Source: Elsinoe ampelina
Taxonomy: Eukaryota
DNA length: 64,000 bases
Direction: 5' to 3'
NCBI GenBank assembly: GCA_010093995.1
Contig: ML992509.1
Span: forward strand, 1,139,850-1,203,849
Shown: piece by piece, positions 27,374 to 40,700 of the stretch
How positions within the stretch are numbered: the first letter of the stretch is position 1
Layout of the letters: every line of letters begins with the position of its first letter
The notes under the pieces: generated by a model
Seen by the model: only the letters and a program-made list of their open reading frames with translations
Databases searched by the model: none
Told to the model about the DNA's origin: nothing
Position numbers and translations under genes: made by a program

Positions 27374-27875
27374 ATGCTTTGCCTACGATGCTCTCGCCTC
27401 GCGCGCTCCTCGCCGCTCACCAACCTCTCCAGTCTCCGCGCCGCACTCCCAAGCACAGCACCGCGGATATCAAGGTACATCCCTCCCTACCCCCGCCCCA
27501 TGCCCCTTTACTTCTCCTCTCTCCCCTTCCATCTCTCCTTAGAGTCAGTCACTAAACCCCTCCAGCCCCCCCGTCCGCCGAAGCCTCACAATCTCCACCC
27601 TCCCCCGCCCCACCCTCTCGTCTCCACGACTAGAATCCTCCACATCCCCCATCCTCTCCACCCTCCAATCAACCTCATCCACAAGCACACCCCCCCCCTC
27701 GTCGTCAGGGCTAGGCTCCCTGCTGCTCACTCGTGGCGCGAAAAGAGATACATACGACCCTTCCCACCTGGTACGGAAGCGTAGACATGGGTTCTTGGCC
27801 AGGTTGAGGACGAGGAAGGGGAGGAATACGATCAATCGACGCAGGACTAGGGGAAGGAGGAATTTGAGTCATTGA
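27374..27875 (+). CDS. Mitochondrial ribosomal protein bL34m
   Basis: Exon 1 is an R/S/L-rich presequence; intron ~27474-27565. Exon 2 ends [44 protein letters not shown], the L34 signature, which is not in the ORF track. Confidence 0.92.
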
Positions 27876-28375
27876 GTGGATTGTAATCCTGATTCGACAC
27901 CAAGAATGGGCACGTTGAAAGAGGGTTGGAGCAGGGCAGAAAGGAAGGGCCGCGGGAGTAGGGATGTGGGCGAGGAGAAAGGGACACGCACTACGCTGGT
28001 CGGACAATGAAGGGAGGCACGGTCTAGAGGACCAGAGGAGTCTATGATGGGAATGCGGCGACGCAGAGCAGACACGGTCGGAAACGGAGGTACACTTGCG
28101 ATGCTCCGAGGGCGAAAGCAGCGCAAGACATGCTGCAAAAAGTCCTGGATCGGTTCCGCCTGATGATCGAACTCGCGGCCAAAGGGACCTACCAGACATT
28201 AAACAAATACTGTACATTGTCACCGGCACCACCCAATTGAAACACATCAAACCAAATTTGGAGATGCAGATTATACCACTACTCCACATCGTGCTCACAG
28301 AAGCTCAGTGCCACGGCGCAAAATGCAAGTCATTCATAATCCATCGAACCCATCCCTCCATATATCCATCTACCT

Positions 28376-31300
28376 CTAGCTAGGTCTCAACGGCACCCAC
28401 CCCTCAACCCCACCATCCCCCTCCTGCTCCTCATCCATTAAATTCCCCCCTTGTCCACCGCTCCCCTTCGCCGTGGCCAAAACCTGCACCCCACCCATCC
28501 TCTCCCCTTTGCTCATTTCTCTTACAGGCCCCTTCCCCTGCTCCCTCTGATCGGCCTCATCCCTCGCCCGTTCCCCGCCGCCCTGACTCCCCATCCTAGC
28601 CGGTATGCGTGGCGGTGCCTTCTTCGCTTCTTGCTGAGAAGGCAGAGGGACTTTTTTGAAACTACCAGTGTTGCGGAGGAGGGACTCCCTGTTTTGCGCA
28701 CGGGCTGCCTGGGCAGAGGGTTGCGCGGGAACGGTCTCGGTGGTGGTTGATTTGAGTTCTTGACTGAGGGTGGAGGGTTTGTCGGGGAAGTCGGGCTTGG
28801 GTTTGGAGTCTGAAGGTGGCGCTGTACCAGAGGGCGTGCGGGTGGCGGGAAGAGATCGCGCACCGGAGGGGATGCGGGCTGTGGATGGGATACGAGCCCC
28901 AGCGGATGGCGGGGCTTGTTCTCCTGTCGTGCTGGGAGATTGTGTTTGTGGTGGCGCTTTTGTCAGGAGACTCCGCCGGCTGGGTGGTGGTGAGGGTTGA
29001 GCTTTGCTTTGGGAGGATACGGATCTGATGCCGGCAATCGGATCTGGTTGAGAAGCCATTGGTAGAGCTGGAGATGCAGCACTACCGACGCTGTCAGACC
29101 TGAGTACTTGGGGCTTTCTGGGTATCGAAGGTGGTTTCTTCACCAAAGTAGATGGCTTTGACACTGTGGTGGCTTCTGAGAATGTAGACGCCCTCGAAGG
29201 CAAAGGTGGGGGGGCATCATCGTCGTCTGGTGCAGGTTTAGCCCCATTTCGCACTTGTGCAGCGTCCAGTTGTCCTTGATACGGAGGCGGAAGATTACGT
29301 CGACGTGGCGACTCCAAGCTACGGGTCGAATTCGAACGTGCTGGAATCCTACGAGCTGGTGGTGGCGCAGGCTTTGGCGAGGGAGACGGCCGCTCCACCT
29401 TCACCCAGTCAGGCTCAGCGCTAGGGGTGAATGGATTGGAAGGGCGTTGTGGATTCGGCGCAAATCCTTCAGCTGGTACTTTGATCATTGATCTAACAGG
29501 TAGTCCTCCATCAAGCCACCACTTCCTCTTGTCGGACGAAGGCGGTGGTAGACCGGGCTCGATCGACTCGTAGTCGAGCAGGTCTTCGTCATCAGAAGTC
29601 AGGGGAGCTGGCTCGGTGGTACCGTTTGCTACTGCACCCCTGCGCTTCTGATACAGGGCATCACTGATGCGCTGCTTGGCAGCAGAGTCGACCACGCTGA
29701 TGATGCATTGAAATGTGGCATATACGGGTCGATGATCGGAGAAGCGAAGAGGCGCAACTTCGTAATCGATCTGCCGTAGATTGTCGCCTTTGGATAAGAT
29801 ACGGTCACACCAAGCAGGAATCCGTGCCTTCTCGCTCGTGTCGTATTCGTCTGTGCCATTATTGAACTTGTAGGTCGGCAGGAAGGTGATCCTTGCTTCT
29901 GAGTAGTGCGGGAAGGTCTTTCCGTGCATCATTTGGAGATGCAGCTGATCGTTTTCGTACAGCGTCTCTAGATCGCCGGCTTTGATCAACGATCTGGTCC
30001 TTTCGTTACTCATACCGATGCGATAGTTGAAGTCCCCAAGCCAAATGATCGAGTCGTGGTCTTCAATACTCCTATTTCGTTGAAACCTGAGACCATGACT
30101 GATAGTCCGGTAGTCCTGGTTTCTTTCTTCGTAATTGGCGAAGCCAGCAGCGAGATGTGCAGTCACCAGACAGATTGAGGTATTAGCGTAATCCATGCGA
30201 ATTGCAACAGCTCCCTTGTTCCCTGCAATGCCTGACATCCCAGTCTACGATTGATCAGCCCCACCTCGTTTCTTTTATTTTCACCAACTTACCTTTTTCA
30301 AGCTACCCTCGACATTCTTGATGAAGGGCAAAATGCTCGCCTTGACAAAGACAGACAGCGAGGCTCCTACTAATTGGCCTCCACGAAGCAGGACATATTC
30401 CTCATCGCCTAGCTGCTGCGAGACCTCATTCAAAGTATCCTTGACGGCGCGCTCCCAAGCCAGCCGCCGATTCGGGTCCGTTGACATGATTTGTTGTGGG
30501 CTGAGCTCCACAATCTCCTGGAAAGCGACTGCAACAATCACGGGCTGGTCTCCCTTTGACTGGACATTCGGACATAACCAAGGCGACAGATCTTCCGAAA
30601 GACCTTGTTGTTTGCCGTTCAAGTTGAAAGTCCCAGCCAGGATGCGGACCTTTTTGTTCTTGGTGTACTCGCCAGTCCTTCTCGTGAGCTCTGCAGATAC
30701 CCAATCATTGATCGGATCGAAGAGATGGACGGGAGCCTGTCCCATCAGTCGGCCGAGAAGCATGTCAATGGTGTTTTGGCGGCCTTTGTCCTCGAAATTG
30801 TTGATGTACAGCCGAGTCGCGCTCTTGCGCACATCTGCGAGAGCACCAGCGAGCGACATCTTGCCGGACCTGGTGAATGACGACTTGAGAGCTCCCGTCC
30901 CTGCGTAGATCTTGGAGAGAGCATCACCGTTGTCCGCCCACAAGGTGCTGTGTCGTAGCCAGAAATCGGCGGACGATCGTCTCTCGCCTCTATGACGGAC
31001 GAACTCTTCCAAAGCCAGTTGACTGATGATTGTTTGCACGACATTCGTACGGTCGAGGCAATCCAAGCAATTCGTCCGGAAGATCCCCTCTTGTTGCAAT
31101 ATGGTGACTGGTCGTCTAAGAATCTTCTTCTCTCGTCTATCGCCAGCTTTTGGTTCCTCCTCAACTTCTTCGGCTAGGAAGTAGACAAAGGCATCTGCCG
31201 AGTCTTGCAACCAGTGTTTAATGCTCTGTGCAGCATCATAGCCCTGACCTCGGGTCTCTGCGTGGAAGTCGTAATCTGTCTGGCGCAACAGCTCATGAGC

Positions 31301-32551
31301 CCCTGACCCATTCTTTTCGTCCGCCCGCTCGTTCAAAGGACTGTTCTGCACATGGTAGCGGTATCTGCTGGAAAGCTCCAATTCACCAGGCTTGTCATTC
31401 CCTAGCAGGTTGACAATATGAGTTGTGCCGTAAAAGTTCTCCATCTCATTGAAGTGCTTGTCGAATGCTGGTTGGGTCGCTTCGGCGGATCTCGTGAGCT
31501 GGATCTTTTGCTGACCAGGTGTGAAGCCGGCGGTCTGCTCCCAGAATACCGGTACACTACCTCTGATCTGGACGTAAGAGAAGGACATGCCTGTTGGTGC
31601 CCAAAATATGGACTCGGTCTCGACAAAGTTGGCGACATTGCCGTCGTCGTCGATACCTCTTGCGTTGAAACGTGTCCCAGCTCTGCGGCATGATAGCCGG
31701 GATATGAGGGTTATCGTCGATGGCATCCCGGAAAAGTTGGTAGATATTGGTGCAGATGCAGCTGGGACGGTCAAAGTCATTGCGAAACCACGAATCGCCG
31801 AGGTCAATATTCTGCTCTCATCGAGCGCCATCCTCTCATGGTCGGATAGTCTTGAGCGGAAGCTGACTAAAGGTTGAATCATGAATGCATTCCATAGAAA
31901 ACCTCGATCCAGACTGTCCAATGCAATCGATGGTGAGTCAGCTGGTCGGTCTTGTAATCGCCTCGTGAGATCAAAGTCTGCACTATAGTAGAAGCTGCCG
32001 CCACTGAGCAGCTTCTTGAGGGCGAGGCATGGATGTTCCAGCGGTCCTTGACCATGTCGAGTATCGTATCCATCCTCATCCACATAGTCAGTGTTGTATC
32101 GATTTACATCGCCGAGGTAGAAGTCATGGTCGGATCGGTTGATGCAATCTGATGAGATTAGTGCATGGTCCTAATGGTGGAGACCAGGCTACGCACGAAA
32201 CTCGACAGACGTGATCTGCTGCACATTTTCACCAGGTCTGACTGTTGCGACTCGATTGGCACCATTCACGACGCAGAGGAATATGTCGCCGCCGACAGTG
32301 ACCAGACCGAGGGTGCCGTGAATAGCCAGTGAGGTCAGAGAGCGGAAGTCGGAAAGGTCGGCCTGTGCTATCGAAGAGAAGTCGACCATGCATTGTGATG
32401 GCGAGCCATTCTGAATGCTATTCGTGTTCAATGCCGGTATTCGTGGATCTTGAGTATCAGATTTGTTGTGGCGGAAGGTCAAGACATGGTCGTTGGTAGC
32501 GAGGGCGACGGCGCGATGAGGATAGTCCCTCAGCAGCACGCGTATCGTCAT
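28376..32551 (-). CDS. Synaptojanin-like polyphosphoinositide phosphatase (Sac1 domain, 5-phosphatase, Pro-rich tail), INP52/INP53 family
   Basis: RAGTRFNARGIDDDGNVANFVETE, RTNCLDCLDRTN (Sac1 CX5R), GNKGAV, WLGDFNYRI, PAWCDRIL, SDHRPV; introns ~32149-32194 and ~30246-30292. Confidence 0.96.
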
Positions 32552-33369
32552 GCCAGTATGTTATCTCGTGCCAATGAGATCCAATGAAGTTTCCATCACT
32601 CGGGATGTAAATCATAAGATGTCGTTGATGTGGCGCAAATGTCAAAAGACGTAGGTTGGATGTTGCAGGCTGCCCGTTTTTGACTTTCCTCAGCATCGAG
32701 CGTTGAACTGCGTCACACATGAAAGAGCACGAATATGCTACAGTAATTTCGAATCAAACTGAGCATCCATGAGTTGCTGGACAATGGCACCGAATTGACG
32801 GTCGAGCAAGAACGATCTCACTAATCTTAAACATATAGCCACCCGCGTGCCCGATCAGGACTGGGAAGGATGAGGTACCGCCACAATCCATTACGTTCGA
32901 GAAAGAAGCACAAAGGCCAACAAAGGCTGACAATAGACCTCCGATCGGTTCAAATCACTCTTTGAGAGCTGAGACGAAATCACAGGCAGCATGGGAAGCT
33001 CAAGTATACCAATGCCTTTTCAAACGACAGACAGAAACATGATCATACTTTAGAAACTAAGGCGTATTGAGCTGGTTGTCTTGATACCCAGATCGTCCTG
33101 GTCGCATACCTCGCCAAGGCTCGAGAAGTTTCCTCGATACGATAGGTATTCCCGAGCTTGTTATTGCTGCTGATATCCAAGCTATCGATGACAGCCGCCT
33201 GCTCCTGGTGTTCGCTCGCACTGTTCAAGACGACGCAGATCTTGAACTCAACGTCCTACCAGCGCCGTCCCATCTCGAGCAGCAGATTGTGCTCATTGCT
33301 TACATCGCTAAGTATATCAATGGCCTCCATCTGGCGATTCTGTCGGCTATTGGGGATCAGGGTGATCCG

Positions 33370-33490
33370 TATTATAATAGAAGACTAGTATAGCTTCTCT
33401 AGTACTAAAGAACTAGTACTAATAAGTTAGCCTACGTATAGTAGATAATCGGTTATTATAACTCTCTGATCCGATTTGCTAGTTACAACA
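33370..33490 (+). mobile_element. Solo LTR of the same Copia family as 37777-50383 (internally deleted, RIP-mutated)
   Basis: Reverse-complement match to the LTR at 50242-50383 (TATTATAATAGAAGACTAG...GATCCGATTTGCTAGTTACAACA), lacking about 20 bp; flanks ATCCG/GGGTT give no TSD. Confidence 0.9.
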
Positions 33491-33678
33491 GGGTTGACCT
33501 CGGTCCTTCCCTCCTGCGAAGTCGGCAGCAAATCAACAAACAGAGCTTGCTGGTTGTCATTTGATCATGCTTCTGCCCAGCTGGAGATCTTTTCGCTGAG
33601 GTGATCCCAAGATGAACACTGACGTTGGCGCAATTGCACGAGTTGTCCCTTTTCTCAATCCCAGCACAATTCCGTGCA

Positions 33679-34684
33679 ATGACCTTCGACCGAATAGGAA
33701 CCGTTAAGGCGGTCAAGAGGCATTATGATCTGCTCGCAAGGGCGGCATACTTGCCCGCCTCAGACATCATCTCACCACCACAGGACGGTTGGGGCGATGA
33801 CGACATCGACACTGCTTTCTTGCGCGACCTAGGGAGGAGCGAGGAAGTGATAGATCTGGTGCGACATCTGCCATATATCAAAAATGAACCGAAGGACGAC
33901 TTTTGGCCTATCTATCTGGAGAGTAGATGCGTGAGCTACCTAAAAAATGGTGTTCCCATGCGAAATGTGCCTGAAGTCAAAAGACGTGTCGCAGACCCGA
34001 ATTTAGGCGATTATGGTCTGATGCCTTTCGACCAAAAGCCGCCTCCGGAATTCGTGTGCCTCTCCCTCGACATTCATGGAATCTCCTGGCTCGTGGACAC
34101 TGCGAAAGGGCTGCTGTACCCCGATGCAGGGATCTTCTACGACCATGCGATTGACGCCGAAACTGCTGAGAGAGAGCCATGGCGGAGTAGCAGGGCACGG
34201 GAGATCATCTCGTATTTTGACGAGGTTTATGGTCAGATTGAGTCTCTTGCTTTGATACCAGTTCCCCGAGGTGGAAACCAATTCCCCTCGATCCTGGGCA
34301 ATACCAAAGGGGAATTCGTGAGTTCTCATCAGGGAGCTAAATACAACTAAGGCACTGATTCGAGGTCAGAGTTCGCTGAAACGTGTCTACAAAAACCATG
34401 GATGGCCATCCAATTTCGATCGAGAGGCTTGCATCACAGAACTCAGAACTGCATATCCGGAAGCTCTGCGCAAGATCTGGGACAAGGCGGAAAATGCCCC
34501 TTCCGATCAGCAGTCGTCACCTTCTGGAGACGAAGATGACCCCGATGACTCAGACTTTGAGATTGATTCAGAAGACGAAGCAGACTCTGTCGTCGAGGAT
34601 GCGGGCTTGCGCGATGACGAAGACATGGACAGTGACGAAGTAGAAAAACTACTGGAAGAAGCTGGAAGTGACCGTGATCTATAG
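33679..34684 (+). CDS. Cytosolic hypothetical protein, possible SUKH/SMI1-KNR4-like fold, acidic tail
   Basis: ATG 33679; intron 34318-34369 joins to SSLKRVYKNHGWPSNFDREAC and a D/E-rich tail ending at TAG 34684. Motifs PPQDGW, EVIDLVRHLPYI, PPEFVCLSLDIHGISWLVDTAKGLLY, ISYFDEV; no signal peptide. The gene model is solid; the fold is inferred. Confidence 0.75.
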
Positions 34685-34710
34685 CACTGCATCTCAAAAG
34701 TCCACAACAA

Positions 34711-36828
34711 CTACCCGCTGGTTCCAGCACAATACCAATATCCTGGCCATATCTGAGTATCACAATTCTCTCCATTGGCTCCAAGCACAGGATTTAAAGC
34801 ATAGAATCGTGACGTTTCTAGCCCGTTGTCTGTCGCTAGCTTCCAGCAATAGTCTCCAGCCTGAGCCTGGATAAATTTGTTGCAGTTTGCTGGAATGTTG
34901 GATTGTGTTTGGGTAGGCTTTGGTAACGCTGCTGTTGAGCTTGGGAGACTGGTAATTGTGGGATCGGCTGGTGGCGACGAAACGCCAACACAGTAGAAGT
35001 ACCCTGGCCAGATCTGTGTGTCACAATTTTCACCATTGGAGCCCAAGACCGAGTTCCACTTGTAGAACAGTGACGGCTCAATGCGGGCATCGCTCGCGAG
35101 CTTACCACAGTAGTCACCAGACTCTGCCTCAGTCCATTTGTTACAATCCGTTGCAATACCACTCTGAGTTTGTGTGGGCCTCGGAGACGACGGACCAGAG
35201 GTCGCCGATCCAGAAGTCGTAGCAGTGACCGTCCGAGTCGTTTGCGTGGGCATGGTATCACCCCCACTCACACCGACGCAATAGAAGTAACTCAGCCAGA
35301 TTTGGGTGTCGCAATTCTCTCCTCTCTCTCCAAGGACAGGATTCAACTCGTATAGTCTCGTGGTGAGAATAGAGGCATCATTCGCGATTTTCCAGCAGGA
35401 CGCTACCGTCGAGTTGGCCATAACGTAGCGATTACAGCCCGGGGCTATCCCTTCCTGGATGAGTTTAGGCGGTGTCGACGGGTTTTCAATGATGGGTAAG
35501 GACGCTGTAGAGCCAGGTCCTCCTCGCACGGACCGTTGCCGTCTTGAGGCAAGGACGCCGCTGGGGGAGGATCCCAAGAACCACCGGGGCGGCTACACAG
35601 AAATTAGTATGACAAAGACACTGGATGCGGGGGTCTCGTACCTGATGCAAATCTCTTGACCTTCTCTCAAGAAATCACAAGCCCCCATGATGTTGGGGTT
35701 CCAGACGGCGAGTTGTGCGGCGTTGACAGTCGTGTTCACATTCGATATCCGTCGAGCAATGCTCTCACTGCACAGTGTCAACGCATCTGTCGTTTAGCAA
35801 AAGTAGCCTCCTTACCAGGTCGCTCCACTCTCAACTTTTAGCAGATTGCATTGCAGTGGTACGCACACAGGCGTTTCGGAATAACATTCCAAAGATCCGG
35901 TCACCTTCAGCAGCTCCCCTGTCGCTACTTGGTATTGACGAGCCAACTCGTTACAAGCCTCGAAGGGTATCCAACTGTTTGCCACTAATACATCGACCTC
36001 GCGTGATGAACACGCCGTAGGGGTCGCTGTCGCTACGTTCGTAGTAGGCGTGATAACCCCGTCCCCAAGTGTGGCAGTTGGATACACTGGGAGTGCTCTC
36101 GTTCGTATGTCACCTAGTGTGGTTTGACAGACGTCCTCAATATCCTGCAACTGCGCCACCAAGTAATCCGAGTAATCGGTGTCTGGCAGGAAGTCCGACA
36201 TCACCCTTGCGTGAAGCAGCTTGACGAAGCAATCCGAGCAGAGAAGATCGTCGCTGTACAAATTTGCCATACGTCTGTCCGATGAACTGACGTTACCAGG
36301 AATTATACATTGTGGAAGACTGGGATTTGCTGTACAGTCGGCTTGAACCACGTCGGAACCGGTCCATTCGTACGAATCGATCAGACACCAGCGGTCCGAT
36401 GACTGTAGGCATGCAATATTGAGACCGTCTAAGAATCTGGCACTGATCGTTTGTGCCGGAACATATCGACCTCCCATTCTAAGCTCCTGATCGACGCAGT
36501 CGCTGTCTACTGTTTCCTGCCAGGACTGAGCACTTGCTGTGCAAGAAGATGTGCACAGAGTCGATGCATCCGATGGTTCCCACCAGACCTCATCGACCTT
36601 CACTGTCCATTGGAAGAGATCTTGGTCGCACGCTACGGTGGTGTTCCTTTCATCCCTTATCAGCAGATACATGTATTGGATGGTTAGTGCTTACAATGCA
36701 GCGATACATTGCGTGCTGATGCTCAGTATCTCTGAAAGTGCTTCGGGATCAACGAGAGGCCATAATTGAAATGATGATGCGGAAGATGACAACGCCGCTA
36801 GCAGAACAAGCCGACCACAGGCCTTCAT
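34711..36828 (-). CDS. Secreted multi-LysM (CBM50) protein, about 5 fungal-type LysM domains, 4 exons
   Basis: Signal peptide MKACGRLVLLAALSSSASS; Cys-rich N-terminal domain; LysMs including QLAVWNPNIMGACDFL...ICISPPGG and three C-terminal repeats ending NPVLG..GENCDTQIW.GY.YC; GT-AG introns. Confidence 0.93.
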
Positions 36829-37022
36829 ATTGGTCGATGTGCAGGCAGCTCGGGACCAGTGATATGAGGGAAGAAGTAGCATTGGAGCAGAGAATCATCA
36901 AGCCATATTTGATCTGCTTCAAACGCAGCTGCTGTGTCGATCACCCTAGGTCAATCGGCACAGTCGTTTCGTCCTCGTGTAGGCGCTCGTGGCGAGCCAT
37001 CCTTAGCGATCAATCATATCTA

Positions 37023-37636
37023 GGGCGCGTTCGGTGGAGCTTGAAAACGGCCTCTTTTGGCGTGATTTAAGGCCGGTGGATTGAAAAAGAGGCTGCGCGT
37101 TCGGTGGAGGCTCTTTTTTAGCACTAACTCTTTGAAAAAGAGGTGCCTCTTCGCGTAATTGCCCTTATCCGGTATAGCTAGCCTCTTTCTCGAGTGTTTG
37201 CTCTAACCCTCCTTTTTTAAGAGAGGCTATACTCTCCGTGCTCTCTATGCTCTTATAAACCATCTTATCCATGGATAAATAACTCCTTTAAGCTGTAATT
37301 AAAGGTGCTAGTGCTACTACTGCTACTGCCGGTGATTAGTATAATGACTGCTAGCCTTCTAGAGTGAGGCTAGAAGGATCTATCACCTCTGTTAACAGTA
37401 AAAGATTAACAAAGGAGGTGTTACTAGATGCTTGCTAATTGCACTACTTAACTTAATTATAGCCTTTAAGCTTTATGCCTTTAGTAGAGAAGTTACAAAG
37501 AGATAAGCTACTAAAGGCTAGCTACTAAACGCACTATTAAAGAATCTCTTTTATAATAGTAACCTCTTAAATCGACGCTAAAAAAGCTAAATCGGCCTCT
37601 TTTTAAAAGAGTAACCTCCTCTAACTAAACGCGCCC
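37023..37636. mobile_element. PIF/Harbinger-like non-autonomous element (MITE), 614 bp
   Basis: TIRs GGGCGCGTTCGGT and ACTAAACGCGCCC (RIP-altered); 3-bp TSD CTA at 37020-37022 and 37637-37639; subterminal repeats GCGCGTTCGGTGGAG and AAAAGAGG. Confidence 0.8.
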
Positions 37637-37776
37637 CTAGTAGTCTATCTTTAGACTATTATGCACTTAGAACTATAGTTCTTAGCTTTACTATAACGAC
37701 GAGCCTCTATAGATCTTCACCGGAGCACTTTAACTCTATTAGGCAGGTATAGAGTAGCTAAAAGACATGCTAATTG

Positions 37777-40700
37777 TATTGTAACTAGCAAATTAGATCG
37801 AGAGATATATATATTATTTAGAGAGTTACAATAACTAATTTATCTACTATACGTACGCTGACTTATTAGTGCTAGTTCTTTAGTACTAGAGAAGCTATAC
37901 TAGCCTTCTATTATAACACTCTCTCTCTAATATAGATTATTAAAACTAGAGAACTATCCTATTATATATAAGTAAAGTAATTAGCTTATTACTTTATCTC
38001 TTTATAATTACTTATAATTGTTAGTATTAGCTAATTATTAGTAAGAATTTACTATTAGTTTAGCTTATAATTGCTAGTAATAATAGTAACTATTAATAAT
38101 AGCTAGGTAGCTATTATTTATATAAATAGACTAGCTTATAAGTCTTAATTAAAGAGATATAAGTATCTAACTAGCCTCTTTATAATTTCTNNNNNNNNNN
38201 NNNNNNNNNNNNNNNNNNNNNNNNNNNNNNNNNNNNNNNNNNNNNNNNNNNNNNNNNNNNNNNNNNNNNNNNNNNNNNNNNNNNNNNNNNNNNNNNNNNN
38301 NNNNNNNNNNNNNNNNNNNNNNNNNNNNNNNNNNNNNNNNNNNNNNNNNNNNNNNNNNNNNNNNNNNNNNNNNNNNNNNNNNNNNNNNNNNNNNNNNNNN
38401 NNNNNNNNNNGTTACCTAGTACTTCTAATGTTAATTATAATACTACTATAAGACTAATTACTTATCTTAATACTCTTAGTAAGTAGCTATAAAGTATTAA
38501 TAGTACAAGCTAATATTAATAGCCTAGTTAACTTAGACTTTAACTTAATAGTTAGCCGATATAATCTAGAATACTCTCCTTAGGCTTAGGATAATTAGTT
38601 ATTATAACTATACTAACTTATATTCTATCTAGAGGTCTATAGTAGTCTAGGCCTTTAGTATCTATAGTATACACCTAGTAGTTACTAATTCTATTCTAGT
38701 TAAGAATCTAACTAAGTAAGTTAACCTTACTAGATCTACTAACTACTTTACTACTTTAATAGCTTCTAGTGCTACTAGTAGAGTAGTCTACTATAGTACT
38801 AATTACTATACTAAGTATTAGGGATCTAACCCTAGTAATAATTAGAGTAAGGATAGGGGTAGTAAGTTTAGTAAGTATATTACTTTACCTAGTTAGCTTA
38901 ATAAGGCCTATACTTACTATACTTATAGTAACTAATATACTAGATGTTCCTTAGCTAACTATACTCTAACTCTAAGGCCTATTAGCTCTCCTAAACCTAT
39001 AAGGACTCTAAGTAGCTTAAGGGTTATTACCTAGCCTATTCTATATAGCCTAATATACCTACTAATAGAGCTCCTAAGGTCTATCTCTTTTAGTAGTACT
39101 TTACCTTAAAGGTTCTTAATAAGGGCCTATATACTAGAGGCATTATTAGGTATAGTTAATACCTTAATAACTTATACTAACTCTTACTACTTTATAGTAG
39201 TCCCTATAAACTTTATAGATCCTACTAACCTAACTACTACTAAGGTTTATAACTTAGCTACTATAGTAATAAACTATATAGTAGAGCTTATAAGAATTAT
39301 AGCTACTAGCTACCCTAGTTAGCTTTCTCCTATTTATACCTTTATACTAGGCCTAGCACTAATAAGGCATAGTAGGTCTAGATCTAACACCTCTATAAGG
39401 TCTACTAGTAGTAATAAGGGAAGAGGTTCTCCTTCTATAAAGAAGTAATTAAAGGTAAAAGATAGATAGGAGTTATTAAAGGTAATAATAGTACTAAGTA
39501 GTAGATATAGCTTAGGTATAAGTAGCTAGTAATAGAGTTATAATAGCTTTTTCTTTCTCTCTTCTTAATAATAAAGTAATTTACTTTAAGCTTTAGATAA
39601 ATAAGATAGCTTAATAAGTAGTAGTAGTATAAATAACATACTAAAAATAATAATATATATAAAATCTAAATAAGTATATAGTATAGATATATACTAAGTA
39701 ATTAGCCTTTACTAATTAATTAAGAATCTTATTAAGAGACTTAGGCTTTATAAGTATATTAGCTAATTACTAAGTTATATTAATATACTTAAGCTTAATT
39801 ACTCTAAGTTTATACTACTCTCTATAGTAATAATTCCTTAGATTAATATACTTAGATCTCCTTAAGTTAGTATAATCTCTTATAAGTTTAATAGCTAATT
39901 TATTATTAATAAAGACTATAGTTAGGCTAAGGTAAATATTAGTAAGTAGCCTAAGTTTAATAATAAGATTTCTTAACTAATTAATCTCTCTATAGGTCTT
40001 AGTAAGGGCAAGGTATTTAGCCTTAGTGCTTAATAATATAATAATCTTCTATAGCCTTAACTTCTAAATAACTAGTACACTAAGTATATAAATAATAGTA
40101 CTAGATATAGATCTTATAGTTAATCCGTCTCTAGTAAAGTCTAAGTTAGAGTAGGCCTTAATTATATTAACTAATAGTCTATTAGTCTTCTTAAAGGTAA
40201 GGCCCTTTATAATAGTTCTATTAATATACCTCTAGATCTATTTAGCTATAACTATATAAGCTATAGTTAGATTCTAAAGGAACTTAGCTAGGTAATTAGT
40301 AGTATAGCTAATATTAGGCCTTATATTATTAGCTAGATATTATAATTTACTAATAATCCTATTAAATGTCTTATAGTATTAAGCATTAACTTAGCTATTA
40401 GTTAGTTTATANNNNNNNNNNNNNNNNNNNNNNNNNNNNNNNNNNNNNNNNNNNNNNNNNNNNNNNNNNNNNNNNNNNNNNNNNNNNNNNNNNNNNNNNN
40501 NNNNNNNNNNNNNNNNNNNNNNNNNNNNNNNNNNNNNNNNNNNNNNNNNNNNNNNNNNNNNNNNNNNNNNNNNNNNNNNNNNNNNNNNNNNNNNNNNNNN
40601 NNNNNNNNNNNNNNNNNNNNNNNNNNNNNNNNNNNNNNNNNNNNNNNNNNNNNNNNNNNNNNNNNNNNNNNNNNNNNNNNNNNNNNNNNNNNNNNNNNNN

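Noticed and set aside
27374..27784. 136-aa Pro/His-rich ORF
   Set aside because: It reads through the intron of the bL34m gene; the real exon 2 is in another frame.
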